Source: an uncultured Mollicutes bacterium
GTDB lineage: Bacteria > Bacillota_I > Bacilli_A > RFN20 > CAG-826
NCBI GenBank assembly: GCA_900540365.1
Contig: UQFN01000004.1
Coordinates: forward strand, 51,362-115,361
DNA length: 64,000 bases
Direction: 5' to 3'
The position numbers and the translations under genes were made by a program. Shown here piece after piece: positions 26,683 through 40,154 of the stretch (the stretch's first letter is position 1; each line of letters opens with the position of its first letter). The notes under the pieces were generated by a model. That model saw only the letters and a program-made list of their open reading frames with translations, was not told where the DNA came from and made no database searches.

Positions 26683-26745
26683 AAAAAATGTTTTAGTTTT
26701 GCAGGCTTTTTTTGAAAAATAAGGACTTTTTAAAAGTTTATTTAA
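26683..26745 (+). repeat. Intergenic 3'-end repeat, copy D (diverged full-length copy)
   Basis: AAAAAATGTTTTAGTTTTGCAGGCTTTTTTTGAAAAATAAGGACTTTTTAAAAG aligns with copy A at 15533-15590. Confidence 0.65.
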
Positions 26746-26869
26746 CTTAAAAAGCCTTTAAATTAAGTAGAAATTAAAATAAAAAAGAATTTTGTTAAAT
26801 TGTTTTATATTTATATAAAAAAGTATATAATAATGTCGTTAAAAATTTCTAAAGGAGGAAACTAGAAAT

Positions 26870-27886
26870 ATGGCAATTAAAGTTGCAATTAACGGATTTG
26901 GTAGAATCGGACGTTTGGCTTTCAGACAAATGTTTAGAGCAAAAGGATATGAAATTGTTGCAATTAACGATCTTACTGATCCAAAAATGTTAGCTCACTT
27001 ATTAAAATACGATTCAGCTCAAGGTAGATATGCATTAGCTGATAAAGTTGAAGCTAAAGAATCATCAATTGTTGTTGATGGAGATGAAATCAAAATTTAT
27101 AGTGAAAAAGATGCTGCTAATTTACCATGGCGTGAACTTGATGTTGATGTCGTCTTAGAATGTACAGGTTTTTACACTTCAAAAGAAAAAGCAAGTGCTC
27201 ACTTAAAAGCAGGAGCTAAAAAAGTTGTTATTAGTGCTCCAGCTGGAAAAGATCTTCCTACAATCGTTTATAGTGTTAATGAACACACTTTAAAACCAGA
27301 AGATACAATTATTAGTGCTGCTAGCTGTACAACAAACTGCTTAGCACCTATGGCTAATGCTTTAAATAAATATGCTCCTATCAAGAGCGGAATTATGACA
27401 ACAGTCCATGCTTACACTGGTGACCAAATGGTTCTTGATGGACCACATAGAAAAGGTGATTTAAGAAGAGCAAGAGCTGCTGCTGTTAATATTGTTCCTA
27501 ATTCAACTGGTGCTGCAAAAGCTATTGGATTAGTTATTCCTGAATTAAATGGTAAATTAATCGGAAGTGCTCAAAGAGTACCTGTTCCAACTGGTTCAAC
27601 TACAATTCTTGTTGCTGTTGTTGAAGGAAAAGATGTTACAGTTGAAGGCATCAATGCAGCTATGAAGAAAGCAAGTAGTGCTTCATTTGGATATACTGAA
27701 GAACCTCTTGTTTCAAGTGATATTATTGGAATTACTTATGGATCATTATTTGATGCAACTCAAACAATGGTTACTAAAATTGATGATAATACTTATCAAG
27801 TTCAAGTCGTTGCTTGGTATGATAATGAAAATTCATACACTAGCCAAATGGTTAGAACAATCAAATACTTTGCTGAATTAAAGTAA
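26870..27886 (+). CDS. gapA: Glyceraldehyde-3-phosphate dehydrogenase
   Basis: 338 aa. INGFGRIGR and the active-site sequence SCTTNCLAP match GAPDH. Confidence 0.97.
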   Translation: MAIKVAINGFGRIGRLAFRQMFRAKGYEIVAINDLTDPKMLAHLLKYDSAQGRYALADKVEAKESSIVVDGDEIKIYSEKDAANLPWRELDVDVVLECTGFYTSKEKASAHLKAGAKKVVISAPAGKDLPTIVYSVNEHTLKPEDTIISAASCTTNCLAPMANALNKYAPIKSGIMTTVHAYTGDQMVLDGPHRKGDLRRARAAAVNIVPNSTGAAKAIGLVIPELNGKLIGSAQRVPVPTGSTTILVAVVEGKDVTVEGINAAMKKASSASFGYTEEPLVSSDIIGITYGSLFDATQTMVTKIDDNTYQVQVVAWYDNENSYTSQMVRTIKYFAELK

Positions 27887-27904
27887 TTTTATTTAAAATA
27901 ATTT

Positions 27905-27930
27905 GAGGTCTAGTTATCTAGGCCTCTTTA
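27905..27930 (+). terminator. Hairpin between gapA and pgk (partial terminator or processing site)
   Basis: GAGGTCTAG 27905-27913 pairs with CTAGGCCTC 27918-27926 (one G-U pair), followed by TTTA. Confidence 0.5.
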
Positions 27931-27951
27931 TATCTAAAAAGGAGATTATTC

Positions 27952-29163
27952 ATGCATACAATTAAAGATTTAGGTAATTTAAGTGGCAAAAAAGTCATGG
28001 TTAGAGTTGATTTTAACGTCCCTTTAAAAGGAACTGAAATTAGAGATGATAACCGTGTAGTTAGTGCTTTACCAACAATCAAAGAATTATTATCTAAGAA
28101 TGCTCGTGTTGTTTTATTTTCACATCTTGGAAAAATTAAATGGGGAAAAGCTACAGATGAAGAAATAAACGCTCAAAAAGAGAAAAACAACATGATGTAT
28201 GTTTATCCACGTTTAAAAGAACTTTTAGCTCCAGTAAATGTTTATTTTTCCGAAGCAACTAGTGGAGCAAAATTAAAAGAAGCAATCAATAATTTAAAAG
28301 ATGGAGAAGTTTTACTTGTTCAAAATACTCGTTATGAAAAAGGTGAAAGTAAAAACGATCCTGCTTTAAGTGCAGATTGGGCAAGTAATTTCGATGTATT
28401 TGTAATGGATGCTTTTGGAAGTGCTCATAGAGCTCATGCTTCAACTTATGGTGTTCCTGAAATTTTAAAGAAAGAAGGTAAACCATGTGCTCTTGGTTTC
28501 TTAATGGAAAAAGAAGTTACTAATTTATCAAAATGTGTAACTGCTAATGAACATCCTTATATTGCAATTTTAGGTGGATTTAAAGTCAGTGATAAAATTA
28601 AAGTTATCGATTCATTATTAAAAAAATGCGACAAAATTTTAATTGGTGGAGCAATGGCTTATACTTTCTTAAAAGCATTAGGAAAACATATCGGTACATC
28701 TCCATGTGAAGATGATCAATTAGAATATGCTTCAAAATGTTATGAATCAGGTAAAATTGTTTTACCAATCGATACAGTCTGTGCAGATGCTTTTGAAAAC
28801 TATACTGTAATTGAAACTGTTAAAGGTGGAGAAATTCCAGATGGTTTTGAAGGATTAGATATTGGACCAGATACTGTTAATTTATATGCTAAAGAAATTG
28901 CAAAAGCTAAAGTTATTTTCTGGAATGGACCAATGGGTGTTTTTGAAAATAAAGATTTTGCTGCTGGTACAATTGGAGTTTGTAAAGCAATTAGTGAAAA
29001 TAAACATTGCTTTAGTGTAATTGGTGGTGGTGATAGTGCAGCTGCTGCTAAACAATTTGGATTTGCTGATAAATTCTCACACGTTTCAACTGGTGGTGGA
29101 GCATCTCTTGAAATGATTGAAAATGATGGCCATCTTCCAGGAATTGATGTTATTGAGGATTAA
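27952..29163 (+). CDS. pgk: Phosphoglycerate kinase
   Basis: 403 aa. RVDFNVPL, NGPMGVFE and STGGGASLE match PGK. Confidence 0.97.
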   Translation: MHTIKDLGNLSGKKVMVRVDFNVPLKGTEIRDDNRVVSALPTIKELLSKNARVVLFSHLGKIKWGKATDEEINAQKEKNNMMYVYPRLKELLAPVNVYFSEATSGAKLKEAINNLKDGEVLLVQNTRYEKGESKNDPALSADWASNFDVFVMDAFGSAHRAHASTYGVPEILKKEGKPCALGFLMEKEVTNLSKCVTANEHPYIAILGGFKVSDKIKVIDSLLKKCDKILIGGAMAYTFLKALGKHIGTSPCEDDQLEYASKCYESGKIVLPIDTVCADAFENYTVIETVKGGEIPDGFEGLDIGPDTVNLYAKEIAKAKVIFWNGPMGVFENKDFAAGTIGVCKAISENKHCFSVIGGGDSAAAAKQFGFADKFSHVSTGGGASLEMIENDGHLPGIDVIED

Positions 29164-29166
29164 TTA

Positions 29167-29925
29167 ATGAGAAGAAAACTTTTACTTGGAAACTGGAAAA
29201 TGAACAAAACAGTTTCCGAAGCTAAAGAATTTGCTTTAAATGCAAAGGATTTAGGGAAACTTGCTAAACAAAATAAAGTTGATATGGGAATTTGCGTTCC
29301 TTATATCGATTTAGCTCCAGTTAAAAAGATTTTAAAAAATAGTTTAATTGTTGGAGCTGAAAATTGTCACGAATTAGATCATGGAGCTTATACTGGTGAA
29401 GTTTCAATTCCAATGTTACTTGACCTTGGTATTACTTGGTGCATTATTGGCCATAGCGAAAGAAGAACTTATTATAATGAAACTAGTGAAGCTTGTAATA
29501 AAAAAATTCTTGCTTTATTAAAAAATAATATGGTTCCAGTTTATTGTTGTGGTGAATCTTTAGAAACTTACGAAGAAGGAAAAACTAAAGAGTTTGTTAA
29601 AGAACAAATCATTAAAGGTTTTAAAGATGTTTCAAAAGAAGATGCAGCAAAAGTAGTTATTGCTTATGAACCTATTTGGTCAATTGGAACTGGTAAAAAC
29701 GCTTCAAAAGAAATCGCTGAAGATGTTTGTAAATTTATCCGTAAAACTATTAAAGATTTATACGATACTAAGACTAGCAACAAAGTAAGAATTCTTTATG
29801 GAGGAAGCGTTAAACCTAACAATATTAAAGAATATTTATATTGTGATAATATCGACGGAGCTTTAGTAGGCGGAGCTAGTTTAGATGTTAATAGTTATAA
29901 AGAATTATTAACAAATCTTCTTTAA
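29167..29925 (+). CDS. tpiA: Triosephosphate isomerase
   Basis: 252 aa. GNWKMN, IGHSERR and YEPIWSIGTGK match TPI. Confidence 0.97.
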   Translation: MRRKLLLGNWKMNKTVSEAKEFALNAKDLGKLAKQNKVDMGICVPYIDLAPVKKILKNSLIVGAENCHELDHGAYTGEVSIPMLLDLGITWCIIGHSERRTYYNETSEACNKKILALLKNNMVPVYCCGESLETYEEGKTKEFVKEQIIKGFKDVSKEDAAKVVIAYEPIWSIGTGKNASKEIAEDVCKFIRKTIKDLYDTKTSNKVRILYGGSVKPNNIKEYLYCDNIDGALVGGASLDVNSYKELLTNLL

Positions 29926-29939
29926 TTTAAATTTAAAAT

Positions 29940-29990
29940 AAAAGACCAATTTTTTGAAAGTTTATTGACTTTTAAAAACTGGTCTTTTTT
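29940..29990 (+). terminator. Long-stem Rho-independent terminator after tpiA
   Basis: AAAAGACCAATTTTT pairs with AAAAACTGGTCTTTT, followed by a T-run. Confidence 0.8.
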
Positions 29991-30060
29991 ATATATATAA
30001 GATAATATATACAAAAAATGTAAATTGTGAAAAAATAATTACTACAAGGAGGTAAGTTAT

Positions 30061-30828
30061 ATGTATGATACCTTTGAGAATCAATCTAATGTTGTTAACG
30101 CAAAAGAAGTAAGTGCTAAATTATCTTATGCAAAAGTTTTTTTATTTTTTGGTTTAGCATTATTAATAACAGCTGCTGTCACTATTGGAGTTTCTTCACT
30201 TTTATATTATTTAGTTAGATTTAATCCAGATACTTATTATACAGCTTCAATTGTTCTTATGTGTGTTGGTGGAATAGGTATTTTTATTTTACCTTTTATT
30301 ATTAATATTAAGGCATTTAAGGAAGGACATAGTTTAGTTGTACCTTTTGTTTTGTATTCAATATGTATGGGTTTACTTTTAAGTGGGGTAGTCTTTGCTA
30401 TAGAAAATCCTTATGTAATTGGTGTTGCCTTTTTAATTACAGCTTTAATGTTTTTATTTTTAGCTGGTGTTGGATTTTTTATTGGTGATAAGATAGGAAT
30501 CTTTTGGACAATATTAATTGGTTTAATGTTTGCTTATTTTGTAATGGCCATGGTTAATTTATTTTTATTACCTTTTTTATTTTTTGGTAGCGAGTCAACA
30601 TACACATATTTTGCAACATTTTATTGGATTGTAGAGGCAGTATTTATATTAATTTTAATGATTTATGTAATTATTGATATAAATCGTTTGAAAAAGGTTA
30701 TTAATAGTGGTATAGTAATTCATACAAACTTAGCATTATATTTTGCTACTAGTTTATATACTGACTTCATTTATTTATTTATAAGAATCCTTTATATTGT
30801 CTTATATTTTGTTGGCAGAAGGGATTAA
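30061..30828 (+). CDS. BAX inhibitor-1/YccA-family integral membrane protein
   Basis: 255 aa with about 7 TM segments. The N-terminal AKVFLFFGLALLITA and the C-terminal LYTDFIYLFIRIL resemble family motifs. Confidence 0.55.
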   Translation: MYDTFENQSNVVNAKEVSAKLSYAKVFLFFGLALLITAAVTIGVSSLLYYLVRFNPDTYYTASIVLMCVGGIGIFILPFIINIKAFKEGHSLVVPFVLYSICMGLLLSGVVFAIENPYVIGVAFLITALMFLFLAGVGFFIGDKIGIFWTILIGLMFAYFVMAMVNLFLLPFLFFGSESTYTYFATFYWIVEAVFILILMIYVIIDINRLKKVINSGIVIHTNLALYFATSLYTDFIYLFIRILYIVLYFVGRRD

Positions 30829-30879
30829 AGTAAAAAAAGTTAAGAGTTTAAAAAAATTAAAAAAAATTAAAAAAACTGC

Positions 30880-30908
30880 TTGACTTAAAAAAATAATGGT
30901 AGTAGTAT
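30880..30908 (+). promoter_or_regulatory. rRNA operon promoter candidate (TTGACT-17-TAGTAT)
   Basis: The -35 is at 30880-30885 and the -10 at 30903-30908, about 140 nt upstream of the 16S gene. Confidence 0.5.
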
Positions 30909-30970
30909 TAACAATGCGCAGTCGAAAACGACTTAAAATTTACGAGAGTAAATGCGCGATGAGATCTTTG

Positions 30971-31007
30971 AAAACAAAACAGATGTACAAACAAAACAAC
31001 GTCAATT
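30971..31007 (+). other. 5' strand of the 16S processing stem (includes the boxA-like CTTTGAAAAC just upstream)
   Basis: AAAACAAAACAGATG 30971-30985 pairs with CATCTGTTTTGTTTT 32666-32680. ACAACGTCAATT 30996-31007 pairs with AATTGGCGTTGT 32649-32660. The pairings are properly nested. Confidence 0.75.
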
Positions 31008-31049
31008 AATTTAATTTTTAAACCAGAATAATTTTGAACTAGAATACAA

Positions 31050-32575
<1,526 letters not shown>

Positions 32576-32648
32576 ATGGAGAAAGAAAATCGGCTGAAGT
32601 AAGTCGATGTGTAATTAATAAAACCTATATTTTTCTAGATTTTATTCG

Positions 32649-32680
32649 AATTGGCGTTGTAAAATCATCTGTTTTGTTTT
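32649..32680 (+). other. 3' strand of the 16S processing stem in the 16S-23S spacer
   Basis: Complementary to 30971-31007 (see that feature). Confidence 0.75.
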
Positions 32681-32705
32681 GAGGGAATAGAATTCTCTTA
32701 AAAAT

Positions 32706-32754
32706 TGTTCTTTGAAAACTAGATATTTAATAAAACATGTTCTTTCTGTTAAAA
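32706..32754 (+). other. 5' strand of the 23S processing stem, with the boxA-like TGTTCTTTGAAAACTAG
   Basis: TGTTCTTTGAAAACTAGATATTT 32706-32728 pairs with 35774-35796 (two G-U pairs). ATGTTCTTT 32746-32754 pairs with AAAGAACAT 35761-35769. Confidence 0.8.
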
Positions 32755-32838
32755 GCAAAAGAAATCATTGAGTAATCAATAAAATTGCGAATTAACATAT
32801 TGATCGTTAAGACACAAATGTAAACCTAAAATTTTCGA

Positions 32839-35723
<2,885 letters not shown>

Positions 35724-35760
35724 TCAAAGATTTAAGAAATCACAAGAAGTTTTAGGAAAA

Positions 35761-35796
35761 AAAGAACATTTAAAAATATCTAGTTTTCAGGGAACA
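35761..35796 (+). other. 3' strand of the 23S processing stem
   Basis: Complementary to 32706-32754 (see that feature). Confidence 0.8.
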
Positions 35797-35825
35797 TATT
35801 TAAGAGTATAATTTCCTTGACAAGA

Positions 35826-35936
35826 AGTCTGGTGACGATAACGCAGTGGACACACCTCTTCCCATCCCGAACAGAGAAGTTAAGCACTGTAGTGGCGAAG
35901 GTATTGGCAACAAGAGAATAGCAAGTCGCTGGGCTT
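35826..35936 (+). rRNA. rrf: 5S ribosomal RNA
   Basis: TCTGGTGACGATAACGC...CCCATCCCGAACAGAGAAGTTAAGC...GTCGCTGGGC matches 5S. The terminal helix forms between the ends, and a T-run follows. Confidence 0.93.
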
Positions 35937-36005
35937 CTTTTTTATTAATATAAAAAAGAGCGCATTTTATCGTCTAAATTTATTATTTTTAATTAAAGGT
36001 TAAAA

Positions 36006-36014
36006 TGGTATAAT
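36006..36014 (+). promoter_or_regulatory. Extended -10 promoter (TGGTATAAT) placed 6 nt upstream of the asp23 ATG (leaderless mRNA candidate)
   Basis: TATAAT is at 36009-36014 with TG at 36006-36007. The ATG is at 36021, and no Shine-Dalgarno sequence lies between them. Confidence 0.5.
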
Positions 36015-36020
36015 ATTTGC

Positions 36021-36383
36021 ATGGTATCAAAAGAATTAGAAAGTGTTGAAGCAATTAGTGTAAAAGTTTCAATCAAAGATATAGCTTCCTTAATTGGAAG
36101 TGTTTGTGAAAGTAGTTATGGAGTAATTGGACTTACTGATGTAAAAGATGTCCGAAATACTTTTGCTACCATTTTAAATAAAGAAAATTATGTAGAAGGC
36201 ATATTATTAAGAAAAGTTAGAAGTAAATATGTCGTTGATGTACATGTTGTAATAGTTAGTGGAGTTAAGATCTCCGAAGTTGTCAACGAATTAAGTAAAC
36301 GAATATCTTATAATTTAGAGCAGCAATATGGTAAAATTTTTTCTAAAATAAATATTTTCGTTGAAGAACTTCGAGTCATTTAA
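36021..36383 (+). CDS. Asp23/Gls24-family (alkaline shock) protein, YloU-like
   Basis: 120 aa. IASLIGSVCESSYGVIGL...YVVDVHVVIVSGVKISEVVNELSKRI is typical of Asp23/DUF322. It is followed by yloV, as in Bacilli. Confidence 0.8.
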   Translation: MVSKELESVEAISVKVSIKDIASLIGSVCESSYGVIGLTDVKDVRNTFATILNKENYVEGILLRKVRSKYVVDVHVVIVSGVKISEVVNELSKRISYNLEQQYGKIFSKINIFVEELRVI

Positions 36384-36401
36384 TTCCTTTGAGGGTTTAA
36401 T

Positions 36402-38105
36402 ATGAAGTCAATTAATAGCGAAACATTTAAAATGATGCTTCTTAGTGGAGCAAATAATTTATATAACAATTATCCAGAAATCGATGCACTTAACGTTTTC
36501 CCTGTTCCAGATGGTGATACAGGAATGAATATGAATTTAACGATGCAAAGTGGTGCAAAAGAAATTTCTAATCGTAATGATGATGATATATATACAATAG
36601 CCAAAGTCTTTTCTAAAGGTTTATTAATGGGAGCAAGAGGTAATAGTGGAGTTATTACTTCACAAATCTTTAGAGGAATTGCTGATGGAATGGCAAGTAA
36701 AGTTAGTGTCGATGCTATTGAACTTGCAAGTGCCTTTGAAAATGGTACACGCGTAGCTTATAAAGCAGTTATTAAGCCTGTTGAAGGAACTATTTTAACT
36801 GTTATTAGAGAAAGTAGTGAATATTTAGCAAAACACGTTGATGAAAATACTTCAATTGAAAAAGCTTTTAATCTTTTATTAACCGAAGCTCGTAAATCTC
36901 TTAAAAGGACTCCTGATTTATTACCAGTTTTAAAAGAAGTTGGTGTTGTTGATAGTGGTGGAGCAGGTTTAATTAAAATATTTGAAGGCATGCAAAGTGC
37001 TTTAAATGGCGAATTTATTGATAAAGTAAATGCAACATCCACAGATATTAAAGGTAGTGCTCAAGTTGCTGCTGATGAAAATAACGATGAATTTGGTTAT
37101 TGTACTGAATTTATTATGCGTCTTGGACCTGATAGTGTTAAAAGACCATTCCAAAAAAATCGTTTCACAAGTGTTTTAAATAGTCATGGTAATAGCTTAG
37201 TTGTTGTTCAAGATGAAGACATTGTTAAAGTCCATGTCCATACATTAAATCCAGGAAATATTCTCTCTTATGCTCAAAACTTTGGAGAATTCGTTAAACT
37301 TAAAATCGAAAATATGACTGAACAACATAATGAGATTTTATTAAACGAAATGAATAAAAATAACGACGAAAAAAGTGCTGCGGCTAAATTAAAAGAAGCC
37401 CCATTAAGTGCTCCAAAAGAGAAAAAAGAAACTCCTTTAAAAGAATATGCTTTAATTGCTACTAGTTCAGGAAAAGGAATTGATGAGTTTTTTAAAGAAA
37501 TAGGTGTTGATGAAATTGTTAGTGGAGGACAAACAATGAATCCTTCTACCAATGATTTCTTAGAAAAAATTGAAAAAGTTCATGCTAAGACTGTATATTT
37601 ATTCCCTAATAATGGAAATATCATTTTAGCTGCTAATCAAGCTCGTGATGTTTTAGAAGGTAAAGTTGAAGTTGTTGTTATTCCAACTAAAACAATTATG
37701 CAAGGAATTGTTGCTTCAATGAACTTTAATCCAGAATTTGATAGTAAAATTAATGCTGAGGAAATGACTAATGCTATTGATACTGTTAAAAGTGGAAGTG
37801 TTACTTTTAGTATTAAAGATACTGAAATTGATGGTGTGAAAGTTAAAAAAGATGAATATATGGCTATTAAAGAAAGTAAAAACATTATTTCATCTCATAA
37901 AAATAAATTTGATGCTCTTAAAGATTTAGTTAAACATCTTGTTGATGAAGATAGTTCAATTCTTACAATTCTAGTTGGTAATGATATTAATGATAAAGAA
38001 CTTAAACGTATCGAAGATTATTATAATAAAGAATATAAAAACATTGATTGTGATATTAAACGTGGTGATCAACCTGTTTATAGCTTCATTGTTGGAGTTG
38101 AATAA
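36402..38105 (+). CDS. yloV: DAK2/DhaL-domain protein of the YloV/FakA (fatty acid kinase ATP-binding subunit) family
   Basis: 567 aa. The N-terminal DhaL motif is NVFPVPDGDTGMNM...GARGNSGVI. It shows conserved pairing with asp23. Confidence 0.8.
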   Translation: MKSINSETFKMMLLSGANNLYNNYPEIDALNVFPVPDGDTGMNMNLTMQSGAKEISNRNDDDIYTIAKVFSKGLLMGARGNSGVITSQIFRGIADGMASKVSVDAIELASAFENGTRVAYKAVIKPVEGTILTVIRESSEYLAKHVDENTSIEKAFNLLLTEARKSLKRTPDLLPVLKEVGVVDSGGAGLIKIFEGMQSALNGEFIDKVNATSTDIKGSAQVAADENNDEFGYCTEFIMRLGPDSVKRPFQKNRFTSVLNSHGNSLVVVQDEDIVKVHVHTLNPGNILSYAQNFGEFVKLKIENMTEQHNEILLNEMNKNNDEKSAAAKLKEAPLSAPKEKKETPLKEYALIATSSGKGIDEFFKEIGVDEIVSGGQTMNPSTNDFLEKIEKVHAKTVYLFPNNGNIILAANQARDVLEGKVEVVVIPTKTIMQGIVASMNFNPEFDSKINAEEMTNAIDTVKSGSVTFSIKDTEIDGVKVKKDEYMAIKESKNIISSHKNKFDALKDLVKHLVDEDSSILTILVGNDINDKELKRIEDYYNKEYKNIDCDIKRGDQPVYSFIVGVE

Positions 38106-38122
38106 ATTAATTTAAAAAATAT

Positions 38123-38160
38123 AAAGATTCCTTAAACTTATAATAAAGGAATCTTTTTTT
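38123..38160 (+). terminator. Rho-independent terminator after yloV
   Basis: AAAGATTCCTT 38123-38133 pairs with AAGGAATCTTT 38146-38156, followed by T7. Confidence 0.85.
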
Positions 38161-38214
38161 ATTTATTTTTTTTAAATACTTGTTAATATAAAATTAAGTA
38201 ATAAAAAAATAAAT

Positions 38215-39036
38215 ATGAGAAAAGTAGTAATTTTAATTTTATCAAGTTTAACTTTATGTTCATGTAACAATGTAGATCCTTATACTAATTTTATTAATGA
38301 AATAAAGACTAAACATAACAATGAGTATGAAGGATATCGTTACCATTCGTTTTTTAAAGAAAGTGTATGTGTTAATGAAGAAACTAATGAAATATATATT
38401 ATAGAAACTAAAGCAGATGTTGATTATGGAAGTAATTTTTCAGTTGGAACATATTATTGGGATCGCAATGTTCCAATATTACTTGATGAATATATTACGA
38501 TTAGTTATATAAATAACCAAGTTCTTGAATATAAGCAAAATATAAGAAGAGTAGTTAATCAAAATGAGAATTTATGTAAAATTTATAATACAAAGATAAA
38601 CTATCTTGATGAAACATTATCTAAAGAAGAAGTTTATGATTTTGATTTAAATAAAGGTAAGCAATATTTTCATGCTGATTGTTGGACATTCTTCCTTAGT
38701 TCACTTGGAACTATTTATACTGGTTCAATAGATAAAGTTGTTATTAATTATATTGAAGATAATATAGTTTATTTAGATGTTGATTTTAGTTATAAAACAA
38801 TTAATTATCAATATTATTATGATAGAAAATTAGTAGTTGATTTTAAATATGGATTAATTTCAAATGAAATAATGCATTTTTATTTTGATGATGATTTAAA
38901 AATATATCAAATTGATAAAGTAGATAATTCTACTTATTATATCTTTGATAAGAAGACTAATAAGATTTCTGCAACATATTTAGTTAGTAGTAAGATTAAA
39001 CTTGTTAGTAGAAGTGAATTTGAGGTAACTTTATGA
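38215..39036 (+). CDS. Putative lipoprotein, type A, copy 1 (unrecognised family)
   Basis: 273 aa with a signal peptide and lipobox (MRKVVILILSSLTLCSC). It is a paralogue of 40155-40970. Its stop overlaps the next start (ATGA). Confidence 0.7.
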   Translation: MRKVVILILSSLTLCSCNNVDPYTNFINEIKTKHNNEYEGYRYHSFFKESVCVNEETNEIYIIETKADVDYGSNFSVGTYYWDRNVPILLDEYITISYINNQVLEYKQNIRRVVNQNENLCKIYNTKINYLDETLSKEEVYDFDLNKGKQYFHADCWTFFLSSLGTIYTGSIDKVVINYIEDNIVYLDVDFSYKTINYQYYYDRKLVVDFKYGLISNEIMHFYFDDDLKIYQIDKVDNSTYYIFDKKTNKISATYLVSSKIKLVSRSEFEVTL

Positions 39037-39993
39037 GAAAAGTGGGCATTTTATTTAGTTTAGTTACTTTATTATCTTTAACTTCTTGTAATGAAGACAC
39101 TATTTTAAATAATATTATTAATTTAAAAAATCGTCTTGATTATTTAAATGGACATTATGATACAGGTAGATATAGTTATTATCCTTATTATCAAAGTTAT
39201 GATTTATCTTCATTTTTAAAAACAAGTGATAATTATGAATTGTTAAATATAAAAGGTGATTTTGAACTTGAAATGGATTATAGCAAAGTTAAAAATCGAA
39301 ATGGTTATATTGAATTTAACTTAATTAATGGAGAAATAGAATCTAATTTATATTCTAGTTTATATATTAAAATAGTTTTTAAATTTGATACTTATATTGA
39401 TATTTCTTATATTGATAAGCTAAATCCTTTAAATAATATGCATGGAACGTATTTTTTAGAAGGTAAACCTAATATAACTTTTGATTTTAGTTCCATATTT
39501 AATAGATTTAGATAATTTAATTAATGAAGCTTACTTAAATTTAAAAGATGAAGCAATTATTGATACTAAACTAGCTAATTATGAAGAAATAAGTGGGTAT
39601 ACACCTTTAAATGAAGTTAATATTAGTCTTGATACTTTTTTAAGTATTTATAGAGATGTTAAAGAAAATGATAATTTATTAAATAAAGGTAAAATTTATG
39701 AATATGTTTCTTATTTTGATTTAATTCCTTCTGTTCCTTTTTCTCAAAATAAATATTATTTTAAAAATGGTTGGGTTAAAGAACTTGCTAGAAGAAGTTA
39801 TTATGAAGATAATTTAGTTAATTTTAACTTTAATGAATCTTTAAAAGCTAATCAAGAAACATTTTATAATTTAGTTCTTCCTTCTTCAAATGATCGAATT
39901 TTAATTAATAATAACTTAGACTATTTTACTAATATAAATTTAGGTTATAAATCAAATTTAAGAGATTTTGTCGAAATGTTAAAAAATCGATAA
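39033..39993 (+). pseudogene. Putative lipoprotein, type B, copy 1, split by a +1 frameshift near 39486-39498
   Basis: ORFs 39033-39515 and 39481-39993 together are colinear with the 326-aa type B copy 2. The shared N-terminus is LTSCNED.../LTSCNSD..., the shared core is LLNKGKIYEYVSYFD/LLNKGSITEYVSYFD, and the shared C-terminus is YKSNLRD. Confidence 0.7.
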
Positions 39994-40041
39994 TAATCGT
40001 TTGTTTATTTACAAAATTAATTTCAAATTTATTACATTTTA

Positions 40042-40069
40042 TTTACAAAAAAATTTCGTATGTTAGTAT
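40042..40069 (+). promoter_or_regulatory. Candidate promoter of the second lipoprotein pair (TTTACA-16-TAGTAT)
   Basis: The -35 is at 40042-40047 and the -10 at 40064-40069. The -35 lies in the second copy of a direct repeat TTTATTTACAAAA (40004-40016 and 40038-40050). Confidence 0.35.
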
Positions 40070-40154
40070 GAAAGTAGATGAATAACTTATAAATTGATAT
40101 TACTTTAAAAATTAGTTTTTATCTTTTAGTTATTTTTTCTAATTAGGGGGAATT

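Noticed and set aside
26833-26865. 10-codon upstream ORF ([10 protein letters not shown]) overlapping the gapA RBS
   Set aside because: Its ATG lies about 2 nt after a TATAAT-like hexamer, so it is probably not in the transcript. It has no RBS and is most likely chance.
20913-27881. Plus-strand out-of-frame internal ORFs (20913-21131, 22525-22773, 27678-27881)
   Set aside because: They are nested out of frame inside well-supported ABC transporter and gapA genes, and their translations have odd composition.
32576-32838. Possible tRNA-Ile or tRNA-Ala genes in the 16S-23S spacer
   Set aside because: I read through the spacer and found no acceptor or T-arm signatures such as GGGCTATAGCTCAG or GGTTCGA-type motifs.
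39481-39993. ORF 39481-39993 as an independent 170-aa gene
   Set aside because: It begins with TTG and has no RBS or signal peptide. It is colinear with the C-terminal half of the intact paralogue (40967-41947), so it is the downstream part of a frameshifted gene.
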